Assembly (NCBI RefSeq): GCF_000143415.4
Contig: NW_003314265.1
Coordinates: 2,993,181 to 3,057,180 of the forward strand
Length of the DNA stretch: 64,000 bases
Direction of reading: 5' to 3'
Source: Selaginella moellendorffii
Lineage: Eukaryota; Plantae; Lycopodiophyta
The position numbers and the translations under genes are program-made. Positions 11,916 to 25,742 of the stretch are shown here, piece after piece. Position 1 is the first letter of the stretch. Every line of letters starts with the position of its first letter. The notes under the pieces were generated by a model. The model searched no databases, was not told the origin of the DNA, and saw nothing but the letters and a program-made list of their open reading frames with translations.

Positions 11916-14190
11916 AACTCAACTTACCACTCAACTTATTTGAATGCCAAAATAGTTGCTAACTAGCAAATGCATGAATGTCAATAACACAAAGCTATAC
12001 CCAAATCATTAACACTATCTTCATCAAAACTAATAAAACTTAACATCATATCTAAGGAGAGACATCTCATCTCACTTGAATCTCAATATCAATAATATCA
12101 ATGATAAAGCATCACTTCAATATTATCAACACCATAACAAAGCTAACAAAAAGCAAGAATGAATTACCACCCAAAACTCTTTAGCAACAAACCTAACCAA
12201 TGTTAAAAATACCTTAGTCAGTATTTGAGATTAATCCTTCAATTATACTCAGTTTTAAATAACACATCATCAAGGAGTGATTCACCAAGTCCAAGACTCA
12301 ATGAAATCCAACACTACGAACTAAACGCAATCAAATGATATTGACAAAGGTGGAATTGATATGCCAACATAGAAAAACTATGCAAGTTTAACGACACAAT
12401 CCTTTGCAACACCATCTGGTAAAGCAAGCCTATCATTGCCAAATCATCATTGAGCGAAGCAAGTATCAAATGTCATTGACAAAGTCTACAAACAATCACT
12501 AGTTGTTAAGCAACTAACAATCACTCTTTCAATTTATCTTCTATAAAACCCAAACACTAAACTCGCATCATTGAGTTATATACTTACACTAGGTATGAGA
12601 TAAAGGTTTATGGACAAGCACAAACTAAATGACCATTCGAATCTAACTCAATTGCAATATACTTACTAATGCATTTAGCCAATAGCTTTGAGTATGCTTT
12701 GAAGAAGCTAACTATGCATGATTAACATTTAGTCGAAACTAAAGTGAAAACCATGAGATGGACTCATATTAGTACACAACCTCCTTATAAACAAAACTAT
12801 AGGATAGGTATTAACACCTCAATCTCAGACAACTTAAGTTAGACATCTATACTCAATCAAGGTGCAAGACCACCAAGACCAAATCAAGATTAGTGAAAGC
12901 TTATTACTTTCATAGAGTTTAATGAAATGCAAGGTGCAACCTGCTACCAAGCATAACGCTATAAAAGAAAAACATAATAGCGCAATAACCACTTTTCCAC
13001 ACTAATTCTAGACTCTATCTAACTCAATTGCCTTAGCCCCAAAAGTCAGCATCCCTTTCAAGTTGCATTATACAAACTACCTACTAAAGTTTAAGTTAAC
13101 CAAAGTCAGCTCCAACCCCTTCACTAATTTGTACTGACTTATGAAAATGAAATGGTTTTTAAGCAAAGTGATCAACAAATCAGCCATTGGAAAAGCCTAA
13201 GAAAATTTATGAAAAATTTTCCATCCTAGAGAAAGAATGACTCTTAGTCTAGGAATACAAACTTTCAAGACTCAATCAACTTCCTTCTATTAATAACTTC
13301 ATATAAGTTCACCTCAACACAAATTCTCAAGACCCATAGTATATTTATGCCCATATTTTCGATATCTAACACTGACATTCACTAAATGCAAAATAAATAT
13401 TCAAGGCTTGATCATAAATACCATATCTTTGGATATTCACAATGCATTAACACTCTTTTTCAATCACCTCCAATATTTAATGTGAAGCCAAAGCACTAAC
13501 AAAAAAAAAAAAATAAAACATCAAGGTTTAAGGAAAATTCTTCATCACTCAAAATAACAATGCCACTTCCACTAACACAAATGTTAACAATACCAATGCC
13601 TTAACGTCACACTTTTACTATCCAATAATTTATTCCAAATGCACCAGATTCACCAACAAGTTATAGAAAGTGAATGCTATAACCGGTTTTAACACTTTAT
13701 GGGCAAACCCTCAAGGAAACAGGATACTAACTTAAGCTTAGCATATTATAAATCACTATTGAAAACAAAGTCAAAACTACTTCAATGCTATTACATATAA
13801 GTAAACTAACTTCACTATCAACCACATTGGGATTGATCATCGTTTGACCAAGCAACTTTGTAAACACATTGCTCATTATCACATGGATATGATATAAAAT
13901 CACAATGATAATTGAGCAACATCATGAACAAGCCCACATTATTATTTCAAAAGTTTATGTGAGTATCAAATGCTTACTCTATTTAACAAAATGCAATATA
14001 AATGTTACACTCCACCGATAGAAATTTACAACACCAAATACCACCAACTTTACAAGGTTCCCTAAAAAAGAATTGAATCTTCAATAACAAGCTTAGGTAA
14101 AATGGTTTAGTGTTTTATTACTATCCATCCCACAACTCACCACTTGTAAAACCATCACTTCCAATATGCATCAAGATAGGGACTTCTTGA
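11916..14190 (-). mobile_element. Inverted, degenerate fragment of family-A internal region
   Basis: Reverse complement aligns by eye with ~33390-35830 and ~51680-54125 (e.g. CCATTGGAAAAGCCTAAGAAAATTT). Confidence 0.8.
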
Positions 14191-14199
14191 TTACAAATA

Positions 14200-15900
14200 A
14201 TCACATTGAAAGCCAAAATAAAAAGTGACTTATTGAATGAAAAATCAACTATTGCATACTCATAAATGTTGGATAGCCAATGGAGGTGGTTTTCCCTGCG
14301 TACTCCACTATCCTGTTGCAGCTTCTTCTTGTGAGATGCATTTGTGGTAAATTCAAGCTCTGATATAGATGCAAAAATCTCATCAAGACTTCTTTTTTCT
14401 ATGGGCTCCATTGAGTTGTGCAAAATATCATTGTGTTTCTAGTGTGTTCCTTCCTTAGTCATAGGAGTTTTGCATTTCCTACAAGCATATTTCCCACCTA
14501 GTATAGAATAGTTAAAGGCATCCATAAGTTGCTCAAGTAAGCAAACCACAAACATTAAATATCTAAATCCAAAAAGTACCTACAAATAGTTTCAGCAACT
14601 TGTACTAGGCTGGATGATCAGCCGAAATGACAAGTAGAACTCTTTGTTTGAATTTTCTAGGCAGACCACCATATTCTTGCAGATGAAGTGTATACTCCAC
14701 TTCCACACCCTTGACAAACAACTTAATTAACTCCTTCACAAGTAGGTCAAGGAATGCATTTAGACTGTCCATTCCATCTTCAAATTCAGACTTTGAAATA
14801 TACATGACTGGTAGAGTCATGGTTGTTGCTGAAGGTCCTTCCAGCCCAAGATTCAAAACCTTCACATTCATTGCTCCAGAACATTCATTCTTTGTTTGGT
14901 TCTCACAAACTGAAAGCTGTCCCAATGTAGTTGCATCGCTATGTTCCATGGATCCCTTATAAGCAGCAAATGTGGTGCCTGAAAGCTGGATAGACAATGT
15001 GGGCACAAAATGTTGTACATACCCCTACCATCAGGTTGGAGAGATTGCATGCAAGCATTTGTGACTAGCCATATGTGGATGTGTTCTTCATAGGATGGAC
15101 ATTGAAATGGCAATTTGTATTGTTGATTCGGGTCAAAGAAAGCTTGGCACTACCTCCAAGTACTTCCCTCCTAGCAGTGCTTCAAAAGCAGCCCTACCTC
15201 TCCAGGCATCTTTTGCTCTCCATGGACAGAGATCCTCCCAGCAGATGGATTTTACCTTTGATCTGAGGCACAAATGTGATGCTATAGGGATGTAGTAGGA
15301 GACTGTGCTAGTATTCCTGCTTCACAAAATGTACACTCCTCCTTGTAGACTACACAACTTAGTCTTGGAAGCAAAATCGTAAAGTAAAACTCAACAACAC
15401 TAGTTTTTCACTTACCTGCACGTGCAATAATCAAGTCTATTGCCAAAAGTGTAAGCTGGCATGTCCTTATGACAACACAGCACATGTCTCTCTACCTTTG
15501 GCATGATTGATAAGCAAATGATCCAATAATCTGGAAGAGCAAGGCACCTTCAATTCCCCTAATCTACCACTCCATGAAGGATAAAATACTTGAGCAAAGA
15601 TTACTTCCCCTATCCCAAACAAAGCCTATAGAATCTTAGACCGCAATGCTTCTGAGATGTGACCATTGTCAAATAGGTTGCACAGTCAGAACAAGGACCT
15701 CACTGCTATAGTTTCCAAAGGGGGGATTGTTGTTGATCCACTAATTTCTGAGGCAACATGCTTCCCCTTCTATCTCTTCAACTCTTTGGGTATCTGGATT
15801 TGACAAAAGATCTTCAAATTCCTCATCCCCATTGGCATTTTCACTAGAGAAGTATGTGGTGAAATTGTTGATCACTTGTGTGATTTGCCCCACATCCTCA
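14200..15900 (-). pseudogene. CACTA/En-Spm TnpD-like transposase relic
   Basis: Frameshifted fragments DPWNIAMQLHWDSFQ (cf. DPRNxxLxLxxDGF) and FLDLLVKELIKLFVKGVEV...RVLLVISADHPA (cf. LL...DxPA). Boundaries are approximate. Confidence 0.65.
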
Positions 15901-16308
15901 CCACCTCCTTCATGCATTTCAGGCAGAATGGAAATATGGAAAAGCTACAACCCTAAACACCAATATGTACACTCAAATTCCAGAGTCTAAGTGGGATTTT
16001 CATATTGAATAATGGTTTGTGAATGTGGCAAATACCAAATTGTGTATCTTGAAATGGCACCAAGCATCCTTTGGTTAATGAACCAGCTGCTAGCCTTCAT
16101 TAGCATCTATGAGCTACACAAGAATACCACTCAAACTCAAAAGAGAATACATTGTCAATGGGAAACAAGTGATCAGGAGTGCCTGACAATGGCATCAATG
16201 GTGAAAGCCATCTATTAAAACATGTTGATCCAGTGTAAGCTATATTTGTCAATGTTAATTTTGGTCAAATGTAGATTTTTTAGTAGATCTAGTTTATATA
16301 GGCATATT

Positions 16309-17036
16309 TGTCGCAAATGTAACTACGGGTATCAAAAGTTACATGTTAATTAATCCTTTCAAATATTCTTTCTTTACTGTCATGATGGTAAAAAGTCGGT
16401 ATTGCTAGATCTTTTTTCAGTCTCTACCCAAGTTAGTTGAGAAATTAGTCTTCACATGTGCACTTGGTTAGAAGGGTATAAGGACAGAATTCCTAAATGC
16501 TATTAGTCAAGTATACAAGACTTGGTTAGAGAAACTCATTTGTTGGCTTGCACTTGTTACTGTTAAAAAACCTTTGCAATATTAAGTTTGGTCCCTTAAA
16601 ACTCGCTAGGTGATAACTTACCACATCCGTCAAGACACTCTCACTATCATACCTTTATATTAGTTTTGTCTGGTCCCATTAGATATTTATGGAAAGTGTT
16701 TAGATTTGCTAATTTAGAATATTCATGAAAAGAGATTATTCTAAATACGATGGTGTTGCTCTTGTGTCTAAATTCACAATCTAAAGCCATTCCATATTTA
16801 ATATATTTTCATGATTGTCCCAAAAACTAACTCCTGGGATTAGGCTGAAAGCCCAAAGTATGTATTCCTCAAAGGGGGTGGGGTGTGTGGATTCTAAATG
16901 TATAGTAGTTAACAAATTTAAGGAATAGTTTAGCTTTCACTTACATGTCTATTCTTGTTTTACTTTTGGTTTAGGTCTAAGCATAAGCTCTATACCATGT
17001 TAACTGATGGAGTATTTATATCCTTGCATTAGGCCA
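16309..17036 (+). mobile_element. Degenerate family-A LTR, interrupted by the family-B element
   Basis: Begins TGTCGCAAATGTAACTACGGGTATCAAAAG, homologous to 17842 onward; stops at the family-B LTR start. Confidence 0.75.
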
Positions 17037-19795
17037 TGTGAGACACCCTAAGCCCCAAAGTGGAGCCGAAAGGGTGCCACGTGGTAGTGGCCGAAGCGAA
17101 AGCCAAACAAGCATAACATGTTTGAAATAAAAGCTCCGACTTGAAAGGTCAAGAGTGGGAGTGGAACTCCCAATGACGTGCTTGAGGAACAAGCACAAAG
17201 CAAGCAATAAGTGAGTCTCTAGAAAAGGGACACATGAGGACCTGAGATGGACCTGAGATGGAGTCCGAGATGGACCCGAGATGGACCTAAGATGGAGTCT
17301 GAGATGGAGTCCGACATGGAGTCTGAGATGGACCCGAGATGGACCCGAGATGGAGTCCGAGATGGACCGAGATGGAGTCTGAGATGGACTTGAGATGGAG
17401 TTCGAGAAGGACTCGAGATGGAGTCCGAAGTCGAGATCAAGATCGAGACCAAGACTGAGATCGAGACCGAGACCGAGACCGAGACTGGGACCGGGACCAA
17501 GACCGAGGCCGAGGCCAAGGCCGAGATCGAGCCCAAGCTCGAGTCCGAGTTTGAGTTCGAGTCCGAGTCTGAGTCTGAGTCCAAGTTCAAGTTTGAGTCT
17601 GAGGGGGTGAAAGCCCAAAGCGTTTGTCTCCCAGACACTAGGGGGTTTGGTGAGCTCCAAAAGTATAGTAGGGGGAGGATTCCAGTGGAGCTAGTTTGGC
17701 CAGGAAAGGCCAATTCTTTCCCAGGAAGGCTGTACCCAGGTGTTGGGTGATAGGGTAACCATTGGGAAGTCCAAAGCTAGAGTGAATACGAACTGACAAG
17801 CAAAATAGCTTGGTGAAGTGTTCAAAAGCCAGCTCTAGTTCTGTCGCGCATGTGACTTCAGGTATCGAAAGTTACCTGTCGGCTAGTCCTTACGGACACT
17901 CTTACCTTACTGCCACGATGGCAGGAGGTCGGTATTGCTGGACCCGTTATTAATCTCCGCCTAAGCTAGTTGAGAAACTGGTCATCACATGTGCACTTAG
18001 ACCGGAAGGGCACTAAGGAAGGAAATCCTAAGTTGTCATTTAATCAAGCAGACTTGACACGGTGATGAGAAACTCATGATGTTGGCTTGCACTTGCTAGT
18101 GTTGGGAACCCCCGCGATATTGAGATTGGTCCCTCAATATCGCTAGATGATAGCTTACCGTGTCTGCCAAACACCCTCGCTATCATGCCCTTTGTGTTGG
18201 TCTCATTTCGGTCCTAAATGCTATTTATGGAAAGTGTCCAGATTTGCTCATTTAGCATATCTACGGAATGTAGAGATTGGCCTGAACATAATAGTGTTCG
18301 TCTCGTGTCCAAATTCGCAATCTAAAGACATTCCATATTTAGTAAGTTTCGAGCTTGTCCCAGAGACTAACTCCTGATACTAAGGGAGGTTTGGGGTGAA
18401 AGCCCAAAGCGTGTGTTCCTCAAGGGGGGGGGGGGGCTATGGGGGGTTCCAAATGTATAGTAGGGATAGTGGGTAGGTCGGGCATGGGTGACCAACCTGA
18501 GGCATAGTCTAACTCCCGCTTGCGTGCCTGTCCTTGTTCTGCGTCCGGCTTGGGTCTAAGCCCAAGTTCCATTCCATGCTAGCTGGTGGAGTACCCATGT
18601 CCTCGCGTTAGGCCACCGGTATGCTAAAATAGCGCCAGACTCCGTTTGGCTCCGTTTTGCGTGCTGGTCCTGGCATTGGGATGCTGGTTGCTCCAGGACT
18701 GTTCCAAGTCGCTCCGGGCTCCTGTCCTTTCGCTCCTTGGGCTGTATGCTCAGGAGTTGCTCCGTGGTTTGGTTTCGTCACTCCTTGGCTCCATGCTTGG
18801 GAGTTTGGCACCGTTCCTTTGTTCAGTGGCCCAAGGCTCTGAACCTCGGGTTCTTATGGACACGTGGCATGGACACGTGGCATGTGACACGTGGCATCTG
18901 TCACGTGGCACAAAGAGGGTTTAGGTTCCGCTTCGTGGTGTTATCCTATGGTAAATCACCATAGGATAAAGGGTCAAAACCACGTGCGCTACATTTGGTA
19001 TCAGAGGATGAGTCTCAGCGAGTACTATATAATGAGATTGGGCAACTAGTCTCGTTGCATACGCAGAGATGAAAACGATGATCCGAGTGGGTACACATTT
19101 TGTGCAAAGGGTTCACATTTGTTCCTTGGGTATGGTTTTGGTTACCTTTTGTACCTAACAATGTGAGCTTGCTCTTGGGCTCATAGGATGGATTTGAGAT
19201 GCTTCGTTAGCACGAGTTTGAGCTTGGGCTCGTGAGTGAGGCGCATTAGCAACTTGAGGTTACACTTTGAGTTGGCAAGATTAATGTTAACCTATCGGTG
19301 GTTCCATGAGTTGTTCCATGTACCATGAGTGAAAGCAAACCTTCCCTGGGTTTACTATAAGTGGGAAATAGGCTGGTCTGTAACTGTTTAGCACGGCACT
19401 AGTGGATCCTTCCTAGGCATGATTACAAGTGGATCAACTGGGGATGGTCCAAAGTTGAGTTGAGCTCATGAGTTGAGCTCAATTCAACACAAGTCAACTC
19501 AAGTCAACATAGTCAATAAGAAATATTACAAAGGAGATCTAAATTGAACAAATGAAGGTTCTAGCAAACTTTAAAATATTAAAATACATAAATATCTAAG
19601 TTAAAAGTTTCTATAAGATTGAATTGTTTAAAAAAGACAAAGTTCATGAGAACCTATCTTTTATAAAACTATATTATTTTATTATGACAACTGTTACAGC
19701 TGTCATATTTGATTTGACTACTTAATATTTTGAATACTTTTACAGCTGTAGATACTATTCCTTCATTCAAAAGAGTTTTTAGGGTTCTTGAGAAG

Positions 19796-20044
19796 ATGGG
19801 AAGCAAGGAAAATACAAGATCTGTGAGTAAGAGTTGTAGTGCAAAGGAATGTGAGAATGTTAATTTTGTTTCACTACCACAATCTCCATATTACACTCCT
19901 GGTCCTTATTACCCATCTGGGAATGTGGAGACCACTATCACGATTGATAAAAATGCTCCTGTTACTTCTGAAACAACAGTCCAGAGCAAGAGAAATGAAG
20001 AAATGAACAGCACAGCGGAAAGCACCAAGAAATCTACTCCATAA
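19796..20044 (+). CDS. Small Ser/Thr-rich transposon cargo protein (82 aa), unknown function
   Basis: Intact ORF homologous to 57632-57889 (SLPxSPYYTPG, NAPVTSETTxQSK, STAESTKK) with synonymous codon differences. Confidence 0.7.
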   Translation: MGSKENTRSVSKSCSAKECENVNFVSLPQSPYYTPGPYYPSGNVETTITIDKNAPVTSETTVQSKRNEEMNSTAESTKKSTP

Positions 20045-20519
20045 AACTTTCCATGACATTTGTAATTTACATATTAATTCATATTAAAAACTCTATTGCT
20101 TGCCTATATCGCAATCCTCTCATATGATAAGACCAAGGTATATTTTGCAGTGAATCCTCATTAAAAGTTTTTGGGAATTGTTTGTAAATAATGATAAAAT
20201 AAATCAAAATCTTTCGAAAGACTCAAAAGTAATATCACATCAAAGAATCAACTTTATCTACATTTCCAAGACTAAAAGGCAATCTCACATGAGAGAATGG
20301 TAGCGTGCCAACGTGCTCTACCACTATAATATGGTCTATATTTCCTTGCAATTTATTTCCGTAGACATTTGGCATGTGTAGAAAAGAATATATGTGTAGT
20401 AAAGTAGGATTCATTATAATGATAGAGCATGTGTATACATGATAATCTAAAATTCTAGAAGCTCTTATGTTTACAAGAAAGCTATGATTATGAAGCCCCA
20501 TTTCCAAGACTGACATTTA

Positions 20520-20661
20520 AAGAATCTGAGTATTGTCAGTGTCATAATAAATAAACCTCATTCCCAAGAATCTGAGTATTGTCAGTGTCATAATAAATAA
20601 ACCTCGTTCCCAAGAATCTGAGTATTGTCAGTGTCATAATAAATAAACCGCATTCCCAAGA
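20520..20661. repeat. ~3 copies of a ~46-bp tandem repeat
   Basis: AAGAATCTGAGTATTGTCAGTGTCATAATAAATAAACCTCRTTCCC repeated directly upstream of the ORF at 20750. Confidence 0.9.
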
Positions 20662-20749
20662 CTAAAACTTAGTATATAAACTATCTAGAAAAGTTATAGT
20701 TATTGTAGGTTTTTTGTTCTCCTTGAGCTCCTTAGAAGTTTATATTGAA

Positions 20750-21295
20750 ATGGCTCAAAGGAGACCCATTGCTAATCGTACTTGGCCCCCCAGCATTTCA
20801 TATCAATCTCCACCTCCATCCCCAAGTTCTACCAACATTCCACCTTCACCTCTACATAACAATCCTTTTTCTGCTGAGAGCTCTAGTGAAGCTGAATTAG
20901 AGCTCCCTATATGTGAAATTCCGGATCTTGCTATTAGAGAGGGATTGCCTTTAGCGCTTCAAGAGCAATGCCACATGTTTTTGCAAGATCTTGCTCCTGA
21001 CATGGCAGGACTACTTGAAAGCACAGAACGCTATTACATTTGGTGTCCAATATGCTACTTTTTCTTGGACAAGACAAATGGCTCTATGGGTTTACAAACT
21101 TTTCTTGAGCACTGTAAGAATTGCCCAACGGCAGGTCTGGAAAATGTGCACATGTGGATGTACAATAGATTCAAGAATGAGTTACAGACACATACCCACT
21201 ATCGCTTCATGGTGAGGAACAACATCCCCTTGGGAAACACTACATTGGCTAGTGCAAAATATGGGGTTTTTAGGCCACCCTATAGTGGAATGTAA
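20750..21295 (+). CDS. Transposon cargo protein with CxxC..H..H zinc finger (zf-XS-like), 181 aa
   Basis: Intact ORF with a Pro/Ser-rich N-terminus and WCPICYFFLDKTNGSMGLQTFLEHCKNCPTAGLENVHMWMY. Confidence 0.6.
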   Translation: MAQRRPIANRTWPPSISYQSPPPSPSSTNIPPSPLHNNPFSAESSSEAELELPICEIPDLAIREGLPLALQEQCHMFLQDLAPDMAGLLESTERYYIWCPICYFFLDKTNGSMGLQTFLEHCKNCPTAGLENVHMWMYNRFKNELQTHTHYRFMVRNNIPLGNTTLASAKYGVFRPPYSGM

Positions 21296-24003
21296 GATCT
21301 AGAATTACTTTACTATACTATAGTATTGTCACTATTAAAAGAAAAAATATAATAAAATGATATTAGTTGTAGGTAACATACCTTGTTCTAGAAGGTGCTA
21401 TCATATCACATACAATTGTTTACAAAATGTTGAAGGAGGAGATGGCAACACACAAACGCTACAAAGTGATGGTGACAGGTGAGAATGATAATCTTTAATT
21501 ATGGTATCTGACACTGACACTGACATCTGACAATTTTACTGACATCTGACACTTTCACTGACATCTAACATATAACAAGCTTTCCATTTTATGTAAGGAT
21601 GCAATTAACTTTCTTCTGCCTCATCATCAACATAATGATTTCTTTTATACTTCCTCCTATAGTGGTATTGTGGGGAAGATTCACCTTGCATATGTTGAGC
21701 CATGGCTTTTGCATAGTCAGAGAGACTTCGAAAGCCTCCAATTCTAGAAACTCCAGGTGACTGTGATCTATAAAATAGAATGAAATATATATTGAAATTT
21801 TAATAAACATAATTTACCTCCTTGAGGTTGAAGGCAACTCACGAAATCCTCTGAGCCGACGTTTGAAGAAATGATGTTCTTCAATAGCAAACACCGACCT
21901 ACCAGAGTCACGTGCTGCCTCCACCATAGAACCGCTACCTGCTGTGCAATCAATCACAATACCATCTGGTGGGCAATAGAGCTCAAGCAAGACTTGTATT
22001 GCTGATGGAGTTCAGAATCGGTACCCTAGAAACGTGTTGCGGATCTGCTCATCCACAAGGTTGGGTATGATGTTAGTGGAACTGTCGTACCCAGGCAAAA
22101 CACGTGTTGCACGTTCGCTATCACGAAACCCATCATGTGTGTTTCTGCAGAAGGCATGATAGGTCCACATCATAACTTGGAAAATAAAAATGTTTAGAAA
22201 TTAGATAAAAATATAAAATACATACTCACCTTTTCAGGCTTCCCTTGGACGCCCCTCGTATCAACGCCAATAGGATCCATAATGCACCCGGAAGAGAATG
22301 ACTTAAAATGAACTTCTGCTGCGCATGTCATAAGCTCATACATCCAGTTGGGGTCGTTCGGTAGGATGAAGACGACATGGCTAGCTTCGAGCATAAGTAC
22401 TTCGGACAATAGGAATGCATCGCGCAAGTGGTCAGGTGTGAGAAAGTTCCAATCCTCAACTTTCCCATCGATATCTGAAAGACCATCTGGAAAGTCGAAG
22501 AGAATGAAGTCCGCAACTGGGAGCACGGGCCTTTGTATCTTTCGGCACCAACGGTTGAACTGGCGGCGTATATCCATGTTGATGTCGTCTTCCGTGAAAG
22601 ATGTCAATAATCTACTGTAAGAGCCAATGAAGATACCCACAATGCCTCGTTGTGTTATTGGGGACACAGGACGGACCTATAAAAGAGCTAAGTGAATGAA
22701 AAAAGTAATAAATAGTATGATACCGTCATATAGCGTGTTGTCGATGAGAGTTCCTCCAACTCCTCTTCACGAGCATCTCGTCGAGCTGGAATGAAATTAC
22801 TACCAACAGTCATTGCTGCAAAAAACATGTATTACCACCTTTAGTTTGTAAAATTCACTTTTGCTTACCTCGAGGTCGACGTGATATTCTGTGAACCACT
22901 TGATCATCGTTATTTACTGGTAAAACCTGATCCGGATCTTGGTTGTTTGATGGTTGAATTGGAGCCTGTTCCTGACTGTCTGGTGGTGGAACATGAACTT
23001 GATCTGGAGTTTCCTCATCCTCGTCTCCATCGTCACTTGCATTGCCATCGTTGCTAGCATTGATAATTTCCTCGCGATCTAGTGTAGAGGTCTCCTTCCC
23101 TAGGAGCTCCAACTCCCAAGGGCATTCTATCTTCTGTGCCTTTGGAACTCTCGCAAACATTGTTGGATACATTCCTCCATCTCTTACACCCTTTGCAACA
23201 AGTCGAGTGCAAACTGGTGCCTCAAATGGCATGCCTCTATATCGAAGATACCTGTAAACAATATATATTAAAAAACAGTCTTATAAATCATATTATACCT
23301 ATAAGCTGCACGTCGCATGAAATAAGGTTGATCATGTTGGCAATCATAAGTTGTTGTGCTTGTAGACTTCTCTGGCAGCCACCCCTCTTCGATCCCTTCC
23401 AATGACGTGTTGATGTAGGTGTCGAAAGACATGAATGTGCCATCTGGATCGTCACCAATGTGTGGTGCCAAGAACTTCTCACCTTCACTTATAGTTTGTG
23501 TGATGTAGACAGCCCTTCTCATCATGTTCTCAAATAGTTCTGGCAGTCCTTTCTCTCTGTTCATCAAGCAGACATTGAGGAACTCCAGAGTCTCTATCTG
23601 TTGCTTATATGGAAGCTTTGATTTTGCGATATTGTAAATCATGTCATCTGGAGTTTTGTTCACTGCAAAAGTAACATATGCATAATTAAGAAAAATGAAG
23701 TGTGATAAAAAACTTACATTCATGAGAAGAAATTTCAGCTATAGTCTCTAGCCACTCCTTCGGCCTGCGATTGTCTGCAATGCATACTAGTTTCTTCAAC
23801 TTTGAGGACTTTGCATGCTGAATTTTGTGCTCAATTTGTACAAACTCAGCTGAGAGCTCTTCCCGACTCTTCTCCGGATATGCAAGTTCGTAAGCATCCT
23901 GCTTGACCTTCACCAAAGGCTAAAAACCAAAACAATTAAAAGAGGGTTTTATAAAATAAAAGGGAAAGACATACCTTACACCACACAGCGAGCATAAAAC
24001 TGA

Positions 24004-25742
24004 TGTAAGCGACTAAATTTTCCATTCTACTTTAGTCACTTAACCACACCTCTGACCACTTGGAGGAGTCTCATTCACAACCTCCATAAGTCCAATCCAG
24101 GACTTGGGACTTGCTAGCCCCGAGAATGGCATCCATGCCACTCAACATTTGCACTTGGTCCAAGTGCTCCACGTGTCCGATCCCATGACCGACACTCAAA
24201 GGTACCACCGACATAGCAGCCCGTTACGCTAAGGCCATGCCCAATCACCTTTGCCACACTGGTAGTCCAATACCACTTGCATTACCGTCTTGGCTCTCCA
24301 AGACTAAGCAAACCATCCGTGAGTGGTCATCTCAGATCCACTCCTTAGCATCCTTAGGATGCCCACCGACAAGGGGAATAGCCTTCCCCAATATCCCTCT
24401 GTTAGTCCCCACTAAGTCCTTTTCTGCCCCTGGCCGTGTTTGCCAACACTGCCACTGGATCGAGACCCACAGGCCCGACCACTAAGTCCCACGGTCCTCT
24501 GGGACTTCCTCACCACACGACTGTGTCCTTGGTCACTACCCCAGAGGACTGCTCCTCTTCCTTTCCACAGTCTGGGCCTTTGGGACAACATTTCGGAACA
24601 CCGTGGCCTTACGCGAGCCACCTGGGTACTCTCCTCGCCTTCTGCCCTTGGGTGCTCTAGCCATGGGCTTAGAGCGGGTTCCGTTGAGCCACACCAGGTA
24701 TCCAAGTAGGTAGTGCCACCCACACTTGGACTGGGAGCATCGGCCAGTCGATCTCCCGGGGGAACTAGAGCCGGCTCTTGAACACTTCACCAAGCTACCC
24801 TGCTTGTCGGTCTGTGTTCACTCTAGTCTTGGACTTCCCAGTGGGCAGCTCATCACCCAACACTGGGTCCGGCCTTCCTGGGCCAAACTGGCCTTTCCTG
24901 GCCAAACTGGCTCCACTGCAGTCCTCCCCCTACTATACTTTTGGAGCTCACCAAACCCCCCAGGGTCTGGGAGACGAACGCTTTGGGCTTTCACCCTCTC
25001 AGGCTCCGGACTCGGACTCGGACTCGGACTCGGACTCGGACTCGGCCTCGGCCTCGGTATCGGCCTCGGTCTCGGTCTCGGTCCCGATCTCGGTCTCGGT
25101 CTCGGTCTCGGTCCCGGTCTCGGTCTCGACTTCGGACTCCATCTCGGACTCCATCTCAGACTCCATCTTGGACTCCATCTCGGGTCCATCTCAGACTCCA
25201 TTTCGAGTCCATCTCGGACTCCATCTCGGGTCCATCTCGGACTCCATCTCGGACTCCATTTCGGGTCCATCTCGGGTCCACCTCGGACTCCATCTCAGAC
25301 TCCATCTCGGACTCCATCTCGGGTCCATCTCGGACTCCATCTCGGACTCCATCTCGGGTCCATCTCGGACTCCATTTCGGACTCCAACTCGGGTCCATCT
25401 CGGACTTCATTTCGGACTCCAACTCGGGTCCATCTCGGACTCCACTTCGGACTCCAACTCGGGTCCATCTCGGACTCCACTTCGGACTCCAACTCGAGTC
25501 CATCTCGGACACTTCCACGTGTCATGTGTTGGTCCTTTTGGGTCCCTTTTTGGAGCCTCGCTTTTTGCTCGCTTCGTGCTCGTTCCTCGAGCACTTCGTT
25601 GGGAGTTCCACTCCCGCTCTTGACTTTTCAAGTCGGAGCTTTTGGTCCAAACGTGTTACGCTCGTTTGGCTCTCGCTTCAGCCACTACCACGTGGCGCCC
25701 TTTCCGACTCTACTTTGGGTCCTAGGGATTTTGTGTCTCACA
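24004..25742 (-). mobile_element. Family-B solo LTR
   Basis: TGTAAGCGAC...TGTGTCTCACA with 5-bp TSD ACTGA. Removal restores WFNNPISFMLAVWCK. Contains CTCGGA/CTCGGACTCCAT repeat arrays. Confidence 0.93.

Noticed and set aside
20520-20661. Repeats as a CRISPR-like array (also the hairpins at 27076-27380)
   Set aside because: No unique spacers, no cas genes, eukaryotic context.
21589-21810. ORF-track frame as the last exon of the MTase gene
   Set aside because: The splice phase favours the alternative frame ending ...HYVDDEAEES* at 21605.
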